From: a virus
Strand: one strand, 5' to 3'
Length of the DNA: 64,000 nucleotides
Virus record (IMG/VR): IMGVR_UViG_3300033182_001261
Coordinates: 13,327-77,326 of that record
Shown: positions 1-9,537 of the stretch, piece by piece
How the letters are laid out: each line of letters starts with the position of its first letter
Position numbering within the stretch: position 1 is the first letter of the stretch
Notes under the pieces: model-generated
What the model saw: the letters and a program-made list of their open reading frames with translations, nothing else
Told to the model about the DNA's origin: nothing
Databases searched by the model: none
Translations under genes and position numbers: made by a program

Positions 1-234
1 TGACTTGGGGTCATATCGTCTATAACAGATTCTTGATTGAATCTAACACACTTTTCTTACAAGACTTATTCAGAGCATTTAGAAATTTGGCTAACTCTTT
101 CACATGATAAATCCAATAACTATTGAACATCCTATTTTTGTAATCAAACCTCATTCCGAAAGAAGAAAAGTTGAAGAGGTTGCTAAACCTAACAAAGATA
201 GAAAGAACCTAAAAAATCCTAATTTTAGGTATGA

Positions 235-783
235 ATGGATAGCGTGATAATAGCAGGAATAGATTACAGCATGAGTTGTCCGTCACTCTGCATTTTCGAT
301 ACAGAGAAAACTTTCTCATTCCAAAACTGCGATTTTTACTATCTAATAGATAAGAAAACAAAAATCATAGAAGAAGGGAATATACATGGTGAATATTATA
401 AAAAAGATTTTGAAGATGTTAAAAGATTCGACTATCTATCAGACTGGACAATCAATATTCTTAAAAACAAAAAGGTCAATCACGTATATTTGGAAGGCTA
501 TTCCATGGGTTCTAGGGGTAGAGTCTTCCACATTGCAGAAAACACAGGTGTCCTCAAACAAAAAATCTACAAAGCAGGAATTACTTTCCAAGTTGTCCCG
601 CCTTCAACGTGGAAAAAAGAAGTAGTTGGCAAAGGGAATGCTGACAAACAATATGTTTATGAATCTTTAGGTATAGACTTGAAGACAATATTCAATTCCA
701 AATCAATAACGAGTCCTATAAACGATATTGCTGATTCATATTTTATATGTGAATATGGGCTATTGACAAATCTTCCAAAATAG
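235..783 (+). CDS. RuvC-like Holliday junction resolvase
   Basis: AGIDYS, YLEGY, VPPSTWKK..GKGNADK and DIADSY match the RuvC acidic tetrad layout. Confidence 0.85.
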   Translation: MDSVIIAGIDYSMSCPSLCIFDTEKTFSFQNCDFYYLIDKKTKIIEEGNIHGEYYKKDFEDVKRFDYLSDWTINILKNKKVNHVYLEGYSMGSRGRVFHIAENTGVLKQKIYKAGITFQVVPPSTWKKEVVGKGNADKQYVYESLGIDLKTIFNSKSITSPINDIADSYFICEYGLLTNLPK

Positions 784-791
784 TTTATAAT
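763..791 (+). promoter_or_regulatory. sigma70-type early promoter
   Basis: TTGACA(763-768)-17 bp-TATAAT(786-791), followed by AGAGGAG RBS. Confidence 0.85.
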
Positions 792-822
792 AGTTAATAA
801 AGTATAAAAGAGGAGTTTTATC

Positions 823-1650
823 GTGCAACAAAGAATGGTAGATGCCGAAGGAACATATGTTTTTGGTACAAAACCTGTATGGTCAGATGAAGAAGTCCAT
901 ATAGAAGATAGTAGAGTATATAAAGCAATCAACTGGTATTCCTACAAGTATGATAAGTCTAATGTTAAAGATATTTTAATAGAATATTTTCTAGAAGTGG
1001 AGCAGTCTGAATACTATGCCAAGCAGATAAAATCTTACGACGAATCTAGAATCAAATCAAGTATTGCGTGGATTTGTGATATGATTCTAAACGGTCTTAT
1101 TTTAATTGACCCAGACTCAAAGTTTCTTGATAAAATAGAAGAACTTAAAAATAATCCTAAAAAGTTCTCAAAGATTCAAGAAGAGGTTGTAGAGAAAGAA
1201 GAGAAACCTAAGAAAACATCTCCTATGATGAGAGTTAAGATGTTTTCTTGGAAGATAATATCCGAGATTGATAAAGAAATTGATGATTTTGTGATGAACA
1301 AATGTCAAACCGATTTCAATATTAAGAAATATTCCAAAACAATCAAACCTATTTACGGTAAAATGATATCAGAAAACTATAAAAGTTTATTAACAGAACT
1401 TGAGATTGCTGTGAATCGTGAAGATAAAGATGTTGAAGAAGCTTATTCCTTTATGAAGAGGTCTGAACTAAAAAAATACTTAAAGTTTGTTAAAGAGATA
1501 GTTGTTGTGTTCGGAACACTGAAAATGAAAAGAAAAAAGAGAAAGAAGAGTAAAACTAAAAAGACGGAATATAAAGCGAAAAATCTAAGAAAACCAAAAA
1601 AACAAGCAGCTAAACAAATAAAAGCAGTTTCAATAACAGATTTTATGTGA
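823..1650 (+). CDS. conserved T4-like hypothetical protein upstream of RNase H
   Basis: Long ORF with promoter and RBS; A(I/L)NWY.Y and EAYS motifs; ends SITDFM (clamp-motif-like). Confidence 0.6.
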   Translation: MQQRMVDAEGTYVFGTKPVWSDEEVHIEDSRVYKAINWYSYKYDKSNVKDILIEYFLEVEQSEYYAKQIKSYDESRIKSSIAWICDMILNGLILIDPDSKFLDKIEELKNNPKKFSKIQEEVVEKEEKPKKTSPMMRVKMFSWKIISEIDKEIDDFVMNKCQTDFNIKKYSKTIKPIYGKMISENYKSLLTELEIAVNREDKDVEEAYSFMKRSELKKYLKFVKEIVVVFGTLKMKRKKRKKSKTKKTEYKAKNLRKPKKQAAKQIKAVSITDFM

Positions 1651-1668
1651 CCCATAGGAGTATTTATA

Positions 1669-2532
1669 ATGATTCTAGTAGACTTCAATCAAGTGATGAT
1701 GAGTAATATGATTGTTATGATAAAGAGGAATGATTACACACCAGAGTTTTTTAGACACTGGGTGTTAAACACTATAAGGAGTTTCAACGTTAAATTTAAG
1801 AACACTTACGGTGAAATGATTATATGTTGTGATTCAAGGTCTTGGAGAAAGGAGTACTTTTCCTATTATAAGATGGGCAGAAAACTTAAAAGACAGGAAG
1901 ATGATATTGATTGGGATGCTGTATTCGGTGACTTCCATTCATTGGTTGAAGATTTGAATAAGTTCTTCCCATATAAAGTGGTCAAAACTGATGGAGCAGA
2001 AGCAGATGATATCATAGCAACACTCACTAAACTTAACAGAAGTAATGAAAAAACTGTCATAGTTTCTAGTGATAAAGATTTTATTCAATTACACTCTGAT
2101 AATATTAGACAATATTGCCCAAGAAAGAAAGAGATGTTTGCTAAACAGGAAATAAGTGATATTGGAAACTATCTTCTAGAGCATATAATAAAAGGTGATA
2201 CGTCTGATGGTGTTCCGAATGTTCTTTCTGATGATGATGTTTTTGTAAATCAAGATAAGAAGCAATCGAGAATGACCAAAAAGAGATTAGAAGAGATAAA
2301 AAATTCTATTATCCTAAATCAATCAACAAAGTATGATTCAAGGATAAGTAGAAATAAGAAACTGATTGATTTGAATGAAATACCTTCTAATGTGATAGAA
2401 AATATTATGTCCTCATATAATGAAAGACGAGTTGGAAATATACAAAAAGCTTTCACTTATTTGGTGAAATACGATTTAAAAGAGCTTATAAATAAAATCG
2501 AAGACTTTAAACCCCAAAGAAGTGAGGAATAA
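1669..2532 (+). CDS. rnh: RNase H / 5'-3' flap exonuclease, T4 type
   Basis: MILVDFNQ, SWRKEYF.YYK..R, EADDIIA, SSDKDFIQL, KGDTSDGVPN. Confidence 0.95.
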   Translation: MILVDFNQVMMSNMIVMIKRNDYTPEFFRHWVLNTIRSFNVKFKNTYGEMIICCDSRSWRKEYFSYYKMGRKLKRQEDDIDWDAVFGDFHSLVEDLNKFFPYKVVKTDGAEADDIIATLTKLNRSNEKTVIVSSDKDFIQLHSDNIRQYCPRKKEMFAKQEISDIGNYLLEHIIKGDTSDGVPNVLSDDDVFVNQDKKQSRMTKKRLEEIKNSIILNQSTKYDSRISRNKKLIDLNEIPSNVIENIMSSYNERRVGNIQKAFTYLVKYDLKELINKIEDFKPQRSEE

Positions 2533-2535
2533 TAT

Positions 2536-3006
2536 ATGATGAAGACTAAGAGTATACCCGAAATTTTAAAAGAATGTGAAGCATTAAAAACTTCCAAAGA
2601 GAGAGTTGCTTTTCTAAAAAGCAACGATACTGCTACTTTGAGACAGATTATTTATTCTGCTTTCCACCCTGATGTTGATTTTATTTTTCCTAAAACGAGA
2701 CCTGATTACACTGTGAATCCTGGACCAGTAGGTGTCTGTGAAACTCATTTATATAGGGAAGCGAGAAAGTTGAAATATTTTATAACTAAATTTATTTCCC
2801 CTCAAGCAAAAACTTATAAGTTAGAAAATACTTTCATTGAAATGTTAGAATCTGTGCATGAAACCGAAGCAGAACTACTCTTACAAATATGTGTGGATAG
2901 AAAATTAAAAACTAAAATTAAGTATAAAGAAGTTCAACAAGCTTTCCCAGAAATGTTACCAGAAGTTAAACCAAAACCGAGAAAATCTAAAAAGAAATCG
3001 TCTTGA
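2536..3006 (+). CDS. conserved T4-like hypothetical protein
   Basis: LYREARKL.YF and E..FIEMLES.H..EAELL pattern, typical of the rnh-downstream gene. Confidence 0.6.
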   Translation: MMKTKSIPEILKECEALKTSKERVAFLKSNDTATLRQIIYSAFHPDVDFIFPKTRPDYTVNPGPVGVCETHLYREARKLKYFITKFISPQAKTYKLENTFIEMLESVHETEAELLLQICVDRKLKTKIKYKEVQQAFPEMLPEVKPKPRKSKKKSS

Positions 3007-3018
3007 AATGTGTTTTTT

Positions 3019-3026
3019 TATAAATA
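3019..3026 (+). promoter_or_regulatory. T4-type late promoter
   Basis: TATAAATA followed by AGGAG RBS. Confidence 0.7.
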
Positions 3027-3042
3027 TATAGGAGTTTATATT

Positions 3043-3291
3043 ATGTTTTTTGAAATCTCTACAATAGTATTATATCTAATAAGTTCCGGAATATTCCTCA
3101 TCTGTGTTTTATTTTACATGGAATCTACGTCTTACCAAAAAGGTTTTAATGATGGGAGAGAAGGTGGATATTCTTTGGGAAACTCCATGGGATATGCCAC
3201 TTGCCTTGATGAACTCAAAAATAAGGGTGTTATTAAAATTGACGACAATGGAAAAATTACTGGAATCAGTAAAAATAATAAGAAAAAATGA
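3043..3291 (+). CDS. small membrane protein
   Basis: N-terminal hydrophobic helix; ATG 3043 follows AGGAG. Confidence 0.6.
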   Translation: MFFEISTIVLYLISSGIFLICVLFYMESTSYQKGFNDGREGGYSLGNSMGYATCLDELKNKGVIKIDDNGKITGISKNNKKK

Positions 3292-3336
3292 TTAAAAACG
3301 AAAAAATCTTTTCAGTAATTTTTGGGGGAAATTATT

Positions 3337-4548
3337 ATGAAAATGTTTTTGGTATATTCTCTTTTCTTCTTTTTAGCAGTTTCACATTCCTTTAGTGATA
3401 ATGCTGTTTTTGAAAAAATAAAAAATGGAACTGTTGTAATTAAGATGATGTTAGGATCTGAGAGTCGACACACTTTTAAGAATGTTGGTTCTGGGTTTAT
3501 AGTTGACTCTAAAAAAGGCTATGTTATGACTTGTGCTCATGTTCTTGCTGGATGGCACGAAAGAGACAAAGATGACAGAACATTAGCAGTTGGTTTGTTT
3601 GATGGGAGAACTGTCAAAGCAAAAACTGTATTGATGTATTACAATAGAGATGTTGCAATAGTCAAGATGATACCTAACCAGTATGTAAAACTTCCTCTTC
3701 CAGATGATTATCAAGTCTCTTTTAGAAATTCTCACGACTTAGGAATGGGTGAAAAAGTTTTTGTTCTTGGTAATCCTATGGGTATGCAGAGAATAATGAC
3801 ATCTGGTATTGTCTCAAGCTTAGGTAAAAGAGTTCAAATGCCTAATCCTACACTTTACGAAAATATGATTCAAACTGACGCAACTATCACTGGTGGTAAT
3901 TCTGGTGGAGCTCTTTTTGATGGTTCAGGAAATGTTATTGGATGTGTTGTAATATCACTCAAAGATATGTATGCTTTTGCAATTCCAAGTGGTCTTTTGA
4001 TACAAGTCTGGGATACATTTCTAAGTAGAAAAGTTATAGAAGCACCAATGATAGGGTTTTCTGCTCGTGATTCAAACCCAAAAGATGATAAGAGAATAAA
4101 CTATCAAAGTCATATGGGTGTCATTGTCAATAAAGTTCTAAAAGGTTCTCCTGCAGCAAAAGTTCTTAAAGCAGGTGATTATATTGTAAGTCTGGACGGT
4201 GATAGAACATATGCTTCATCAATTCTAAGAGCACTATTACATGATAAGTTTGTTGGGTCCAGTTTTCAAATAACTTATTTCAGAGATGGTAAGATGGAAA
4301 CATCAAAAATCAAAACAGTAAATTCTTATTTTGATTTGAGGCAGGAAGATATTGTTATCACCAAAGAAGATAAGAAAATCACTGAGAAGAAAATAAAAAG
4401 AAAAAACCTTCATATTGAAATATTTAAAAACTTATACGGTGTCCCAAAGATTAAGAGAAGTATAACAAGAAAAGATAAGAAGAATAAGGTAACTCCTTAT
4501 CAGAAAAAATATCGTGAAACTGTTATGAAGATGGGAAATTATATTTGA
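3337..4548 (+). CDS. HtrA/DegP-family serine protease with PDZ domain and signal peptide
   Basis: GSGFIV, TCAHV (His), RDVAIV (Asp), QTDATITGGNSGG (Ser); PDZ motif GSPAA..LKAGDYI; hydrophobic N-terminus. Confidence 0.92.
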   Translation: MKMFLVYSLFFFLAVSHSFSDNAVFEKIKNGTVVIKMMLGSESRHTFKNVGSGFIVDSKKGYVMTCAHVLAGWHERDKDDRTLAVGLFDGRTVKAKTVLMYYNRDVAIVKMIPNQYVKLPLPDDYQVSFRNSHDLGMGEKVFVLGNPMGMQRIMTSGIVSSLGKRVQMPNPTLYENMIQTDATITGGNSGGALFDGSGNVIGCVVISLKDMYAFAIPSGLLIQVWDTFLSRKVIEAPMIGFSARDSNPKDDKRINYQSHMGVIVNKVLKGSPAAKVLKAGDYIVSLDGDRTYASSILRALLHDKFVGSSFQITYFRDGKMETSKIKTVNSYFDLRQEDIVITKEDKKITEKKIKRKNLHIEIFKNLYGVPKIKRSITRKDKKNKVTPYQKKYRETVMKMGNYI

Positions 4549-4573
4549 CATTCTTTCCCTCATAGACTATAAT
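4545..4573 (+). promoter_or_regulatory. sigma70-type early promoter
   Basis: TTGACA-17-TATAAT, then GGGAGG RBS. Confidence 0.85.
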
Positions 4574-4593
4574 AATATTATAGGGAGGAAAAA

Positions 4594-5154
4594 ATGAATA
4601 TATTTGTTTTAGATCAAGATCCAGTTATTGCTGCTCAATTACAGTGTGATAAACATGCAGCAGGGAAAATGGCATTGGAAAGTGCCCAGATGTTATGTAC
4701 TGCTCACAGAATGTTAGATGGTGTGAGGGTGAGAAAACCTTCCAAGTCGGGTAAAACAACAGTCAATCACTACATTCTACCAAATCATCCTTACGAGGAT
4801 ATACTATACAAAGCAGTTCATTTCAATCATCCATGCACAGTCTGGACAAGGGAGAGTTTAGAAAACTATGAATGGCACTACCGTCATTTTATAGCTCTAT
4901 GCGACGAATACAGGTTTCGTTATGGTAAAATACATCTAAGTGACAAACTACTCAGGAATGCTCTTAAAACACCTCCTAAGAACATACCAAAGAAAGGTCT
5001 GACTCAATTCCCTCTTGCTATGAAGTCTAACCCAGAATGTATGTTTCCGCAAGACCCTGTAAAGTCATACAGAATGTTCTATCAGACTAAGCAAGATAGG
5101 TTTTCTATGGTCTGGACCAAAAGAAATGTTCCCCTTTGGTTTAAAAAAAGGTAA
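4594..5154 (+). CDS. pyrimidine-dimer DNA glycosylase (endonuclease V-like family)
   Basis: MNIFVLD..P..AA...CDKH..KM.LESAQML.TAH, H.NHPCT.W, EY..RYGK.H. Confidence 0.8.
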   Translation: MNIFVLDQDPVIAAQLQCDKHAAGKMALESAQMLCTAHRMLDGVRVRKPSKSGKTTVNHYILPNHPYEDILYKAVHFNHPCTVWTRESLENYEWHYRHFIALCDEYRFRYGKIHLSDKLLRNALKTPPKNIPKKGLTQFPLAMKSNPECMFPQDPVKSYRMFYQTKQDRFSMVWTKRNVPLWFKKR

Positions 5155-5225
5155 TTATTTTTTTAATTTCTGCAATTTTCAACTAAATATAATATGAAAT
5201 ATTTAAGATTTATGGTATATTAATT

Positions 5226-5990
5226 ATGGTGAGTTCGAAAGATAAAAGCATGACACCATTAAACGAAGAAGGAATTTTAGTTCCTTACAGAGAAGGTTTT
5301 GTTAACTTATTGTTAGTTGAAAATAAGGAACAATGTAAATTAAATTTTATAGCAAAGTTTCGACAAATGAACTTTGAGGTTGAAACTTTTATCAACTGCT
5401 CAGAAGCTCAGAAAAGACTTGATGAGCAAGATGCCCCAAAAATAGATTTTTTAGTTATTGATGCTGATGTTATTAATGGGATAGATGGAATATCTTTTGC
5501 GAGAAGGTATAGAAACAAGTATCCTATTTTACTGATATCTTCTAAAGCAGAATCCTTAGATGAAGTGAAAGAGGAAGGTTTCGTAACTTTACATAAACCA
5601 GATGAGGATCACTTACTAGCAAACAAAATAAATAGAGCTAAGCATGAATTTGATGAAGCGCAAACTATAAAAGAAACAAAAGATGGTCTTGACAATTTGA
5701 AAGATGTGGTATATAATATACAAGACAATCTAAATGATATGTCTAATACTTTTGATAAAAATCTCTGTGAATTAAAAGAGATGGTTTGTGAATTGAAAGA
5801 TTCTGGTGGAAACAACACTTTCTCAAAGATATTTCAATTTTCTAATGCAAAGGATATTTTATCAACAGTTAGAAGTTTTTTATCTGTGACAAAAACGTTT
5901 ATATTTTTAATATTGATTATAATTTTTATTATGTTCTCTAATAGAATAGATTACGGACAAATTCTTAATTTTTTTAAGACTCTGTTTTAA
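5226..5990 (+). CDS. response-regulator receiver domain fused to a coiled coil and C-terminal TM helix
   Basis: LLLVEN, DFLVID (phosphoacceptor position), DGISF, PILLISS, LHKP; heptad-rich middle; hydrophobic tail. Confidence 0.7.
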   Translation: MVSSKDKSMTPLNEEGILVPYREGFVNLLLVENKEQCKLNFIAKFRQMNFEVETFINCSEAQKRLDEQDAPKIDFLVIDADVINGIDGISFARRYRNKYPILLISSKAESLDEVKEEGFVTLHKPDEDHLLANKINRAKHEFDEAQTIKETKDGLDNLKDVVYNIQDNLNDMSNTFDKNLCELKEMVCELKDSGGNNTFSKIFQFSNAKDILSTVRSFLSVTKTFIFLILIIIFIMFSNRIDYGQILNFFKTLF

Positions 5991-6015
5991 TTTATAAAGA
6001 GTGAAAAGGTGTATT

Positions 6016-6363
6016 ATGGCGACAGATGAGTTTAAGCAAGAATATGTAGAAGTCTATTACAAAAATGATTTGATTTATAGAGGGTTTCTGATAGGAATAG
6101 ATGATAATCCTGAACTTGGAGAACAGAATTTTATAATATGTGGTATTCATGGTGAAGGTATAGTTATTCCTGTAGATGAACCTAATTGGGAAATAGTTGC
6201 TATATCCGACGAAAGTGAAATTACACCTTGGAAACTGATAAAAAAAGAGTTAGGAGTTATCTGTACAGAAAAGACCGCCTATGAAATGTTGAGTATGGGT
6301 TTTTTTGCTGGATTTTCTATTGGTTTTTTGATGTTATTTGTCTGCTGTCTCCTGTTTTTCTAA
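6016..6363 (+). CDS. hypothetical protein with C-terminal TM
   Basis: ORF with RBS and hydrophobic tail. Confidence 0.55.
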   Translation: MATDEFKQEYVEVYYKNDLIYRGFLIGIDDNPELGEQNFIICGIHGEGIVIPVDEPNWEIVAISDESEITPWKLIKKELGVICTEKTAYEMLSMGFFAGFSIGFLMLFVCCLLFF

Positions 6364-6377
6364 CATAAATAATAGTA

Positions 6378-6773
6378 ATGAAAAATTTTTACATTCATAA
6401 AGAAAAATTTAGAGAAGAACCTATATATTTTTGTGTAGACAGTCATTGTGACAGTTACTTCTGGGAAACAGAATCTTTGGATTGCCCATTCACTTTTTGT
6501 GTCAATTTTAACACCAAAGAGTATATCTCTTCTATATCTAAATGGAAAGATGACATTGGTAAGAAAATATTTGTTTCGGATGAAGATAAATCTTGGGAAA
6601 TGAGAAAATCTTTCCAAAAGTTTGACGAGAAAGAAATGTTAAGTTTCGTGAGTGATTCTTTTGATTCATTTCATTCATATTATATGACCAAGATGAAAGA
6701 ATATGTTGATAGAATATTTTCTAGTATTGGGAAAGATATTCAAGATTCTAATAATCCCCTAGATATGTTTTAA
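6378..6773 (+). CDS. hypothetical protein
   Basis: In-operon ORF. Confidence 0.55.
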   Translation: MKNFYIHKEKFREEPIYFCVDSHCDSYFWETESLDCPFTFCVNFNTKEYISSISKWKDDIGKKIFVSDEDKSWEMRKSFQKFDEKEMLSFVSDSFDSFHSYYMTKMKEYVDRIFSSIGKDIQDSNNPLDMF

Positions 6774-6783
6774 GGAGAAGTTT

Positions 6784-6942
6784 ATGAAAATTTCTAGTTT
6801 GATGAGAGTTCTAGCTTTCATGGTTGGTGGTCAATTTTTATTGTCTGCTCTCGGTGTTTATAACCCATCTCTATGGTTTCTAGCTGGATGGATTTTATGT
6901 ATGATTGACCATTCTTTGGAAAACAACTCATTGAGGTGGTAA
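6784..6942 (+). CDS. 52 aa membrane protein (below ORF-track cutoff)
   Basis: AAGGAG RBS; MKISSLMRVLAFMVGGQFLL...LRW; fills the intergenic gap. Confidence 0.55.
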   Translation: MKISSLMRVLAFMVGGQFLLSALGVYNPSLWFLAGWILCMIDHSLENNSLRW

Positions 6943-6943
6943 A

Positions 6944-7390
6944 TTGAGATTTGAAATTCATTATAGAAATGACCAAGTAAAAGAGTATTACAAAAATTCT
7001 GGAATACAAACAGTCGGTTCTGCTGGATTTGATTTAGTTTGTGTTGAAGATTTAGTTTTTGATAAATTTGGTGAACTACAAATGATTGATTTGGGTATCA
7101 TTATAAAACCACCTAGAGGACATCATTCTTTGGTTATGCCTAGAAGTTCTACTTTTAAAAAGTATGGGTTAATGCAATCTAATTCTGTTGGTTTGATTGA
7201 TGAGGATTACTGCGGACCAGAAGATTATTGGATGTTTCCTGTTTTATATCTAAGACATGGAACCACATCTATACCTGCTGGAACTAGATTAGCACAATTT
7301 ATTTTTCAGAAGACTAATAAGATTACTAAGATTTATGAGTTTAATCCTGATGGTGATTCAAGAGGAGGGTTTGGAAGCACAGGAAACTAA
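6944..7390 (+). CDS. dut: trimeric dUTPase
   Basis: SAGFDL, PRSS, GLIDEDYCG, RLAQ, RGGFGSTG motifs. Confidence 0.95.
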   Translation: MRFEIHYRNDQVKEYYKNSGIQTVGSAGFDLVCVEDLVFDKFGELQMIDLGIIIKPPRGHHSLVMPRSSTFKKYGLMQSNSVGLIDEDYCGPEDYWMFPVLYLRHGTTSIPAGTRLAQFIFQKTNKITKIYEFNPDGDSRGGFGSTGN

Positions 7391-7397
7391 ATAATAT

Positions 7398-7925
7398 TTG
7401 ATGGGTAACAATTTAAAAAATACAAATGTTGGTAAACTGAGGATTGAGTATGAAGGTGAAGTTCATGAGTTCAATTCCTTCAATTCACCGTTTGTTTGTG
7501 AAAATTGTGAAAATGACCCCAACTGTAAAATTGTTATAGATGGTTTCAGTGAAGAACCTATTGATTTGCAGACTATTAAGAAGCATCAAAGGGAGTTTAA
7601 GTACGAATCTGTTTATTTTTACGGAGAAGCTTACACTATGGATATTTTGGTTTTTGAGATAAGAATAGTGAATTCTTATGCTTTTACTATTCTATTATCA
7701 AGAGAGTCTCCTTTTTCAGAAATTCATATGGATTTTCATGAAATAACATCCCCGACAGTTATGACCCCTAAATTCATACATCAAAAAATATTAGAAAGTA
7801 TTGTCTGTTCTGCTAGAGAAGTTGAAATTTTCCAAAAGGTTTTAAAATTAAAAAGACCTGATAAAGATAAAAATAAAGGTTTACATCTAAATTTTCAAGA
7901 TTCTATAAAGGATTTTATGATATGA
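7398..7925 (+). CDS. hypothetical protein (IEYEGEV family)
   Basis: N-terminus LRIEYEGEVHEF resembles ORF 12225. Confidence 0.55.
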   Translation: MMGNNLKNTNVGKLRIEYEGEVHEFNSFNSPFVCENCENDPNCKIVIDGFSEEPIDLQTIKKHQREFKYESVYFYGEAYTMDILVFEIRIVNSYAFTILLSRESPFSEIHMDFHEITSPTVMTPKFIHQKILESIVCSAREVEIFQKVLKLKRPDKDKNKGLHLNFQDSIKDFMI

Positions 7926-7931
7926 GGTTTT

Positions 7932-8645
7932 GTGAAAAATTATATAGTATGTTTAAAATGGGGAAATAAGTACGGACCAGAGTATGTAAATAGACTTTAC
8001 AATATGGTCAGTCGTAATTGTACAATCCCTTTTGAATTTGTATGTTTTACTGAAAATGGTGAAGGTATATCGAAAGATGTTCGAGTTTTACCTCTACAGA
8101 CAAAATCTGGAGTACAAGGATGGTGGTATAAACCGATGTTTTTCTCTTCAGAATTACCTTTAAATGGAAATATACTTTTTATGGATTTAGATGTTATTGT
8201 TTTTAGGAATATAGATAAACTCTTCACTTACAATCCTGAAAAATTTTGTATCATTAAAGATTTCCCTATTCCTGGAAAAAATAGAACTTTCAGTAAAATG
8301 AATTCAAGTGTTTTTAGACTGCAGACAGGTCAGAATTCTTTTATATATGATGAATTTATTAGTGACCTTTCTATAACAAAAAAATTTCACGGAGACCAAG
8401 ATTGGATTTATCATAAACTCCAAGATAAGGAATATGAATTTTGGCCTGAATCTTGGATAAAAAGTTATAAATGGGGAATGCTAAATACTGTTAGAGTTAA
8501 TCCCTATAAAAATTTAAAAGGTGAAATTGTTTATAAATCTGACATAAAACCAAAAATAGAAGAAGATACTTGTATATCAGTTTTTCATGGCCAACCTAGT
8601 CCGCACAATTGTATAGATGAATGGGTTAAGGAGAATTGGATTTAA
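7932..8645 (+). CDS. GT-A glycosyltransferase (GT8-like)
   Basis: CLKWG.KYGPEYV, WWYKP, FMDLDV (DxD), NSSV, GDQDWI, VFHG.P.P. Confidence 0.85.
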   Translation: MKNYIVCLKWGNKYGPEYVNRLYNMVSRNCTIPFEFVCFTENGEGISKDVRVLPLQTKSGVQGWWYKPMFFSSELPLNGNILFMDLDVIVFRNIDKLFTYNPEKFCIIKDFPIPGKNRTFSKMNSSVFRLQTGQNSFIYDEFISDLSITKKFHGDQDWIYHKLQDKEYEFWPESWIKSYKWGMLNTVRVNPYKNLKGEIVYKSDIKPKIEEDTCISVFHGQPSPHNCIDEWVKENWI

Positions 8646-8646
8646 T

Positions 8647-9537
8647 ATGAAAAATAAAATTTTAAGTTTCCCTAAAGAATATTTGAATATTAGATATGCT
8701 AAAACTCATTTTGATTTTTTTATCAGTTATGCTAAATTGGCAGGTTATAAAATTGAATTTTCTGAGAATAGTCCAAGTAAAACTTTCGGTGAGGGTATAG
8801 TTTACACCGAAGATAACTGGGGGTTTGCTTGTTGTATAAACGGTAAACAGTTTTTTGTGAATATATCGGACCAATATGATTTACCTATTCAATCAGAATA
8901 TTTGAAAAATTTTTCAAATATAAAGTTTTTTAAATATCAGAAATCAGAAAGATTAAACGATAATTCAATCCCTTTAGGTCCTCCAATCTGTTTTAATACT
9001 TTTAGACCTCCAAACTTAAAGGATTTCAATAATATTGAAGAGTATTTTAAATTGAGAGAATCTTTTGTTTTTTCTCCAGGAGATAAAATTCTATGCAAAC
9101 AAAGACCCTACGGTGATGCTACTAGAAGAAGACTCATTGTTAAATCAATGATTATGGAAAATTTCGAAAATCATGATTTAAATTACTCCGTAATGAATCA
9201 AGTTAATTTTTGGAACATATCTCAAAATTGTTTAACATCGGTTTGTGTTCCAGGGCACAGAAATAATATGGTTGATAGAGGGCATATGGAACTTATAGGT
9301 TTAGGGGTTTGTACTATATCCCCTAATGTCGATACCATTTTTTGTTATGATAAGGTTTTGGAACCAGATGTTCATTATATTAGATGCAAAGACGATTATT
9401 CTGATTTGACTGAAAAAATTAAAATGCTTCAGAAAGATAAAAAGTTATCTAAACAGATAGGTGATAATGCAAGAGATTTTTTTGACACTTATTATAAACC
9501 AGAAAAATATTTCGAGTGGATTGAGATGTGTTTATGA
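8647..9537 (+). CDS. GT-B-like glycosyltransferase (GT90/CgeB-like C-terminus)
   Basis: VPG...DR..ME..G.G...ISP, L.P.VHYI....DYSDL.EKI, IG.NAR.FF. Confidence 0.7.
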   Translation: MKNKILSFPKEYLNIRYAKTHFDFFISYAKLAGYKIEFSENSPSKTFGEGIVYTEDNWGFACCINGKQFFVNISDQYDLPIQSEYLKNFSNIKFFKYQKSERLNDNSIPLGPPICFNTFRPPNLKDFNNIEEYFKLRESFVFSPGDKILCKQRPYGDATRRRLIVKSMIMENFENHDLNYSVMNQVNFWNISQNCLTSVCVPGHRNNMVDRGHMELIGLGVCTISPNVDTIFCYDKVLEPDVHYIRCKDDYSDLTEKIKMLQKDKKLSKQIGDNARDFFDTYYKPEKYFEWIEMCL

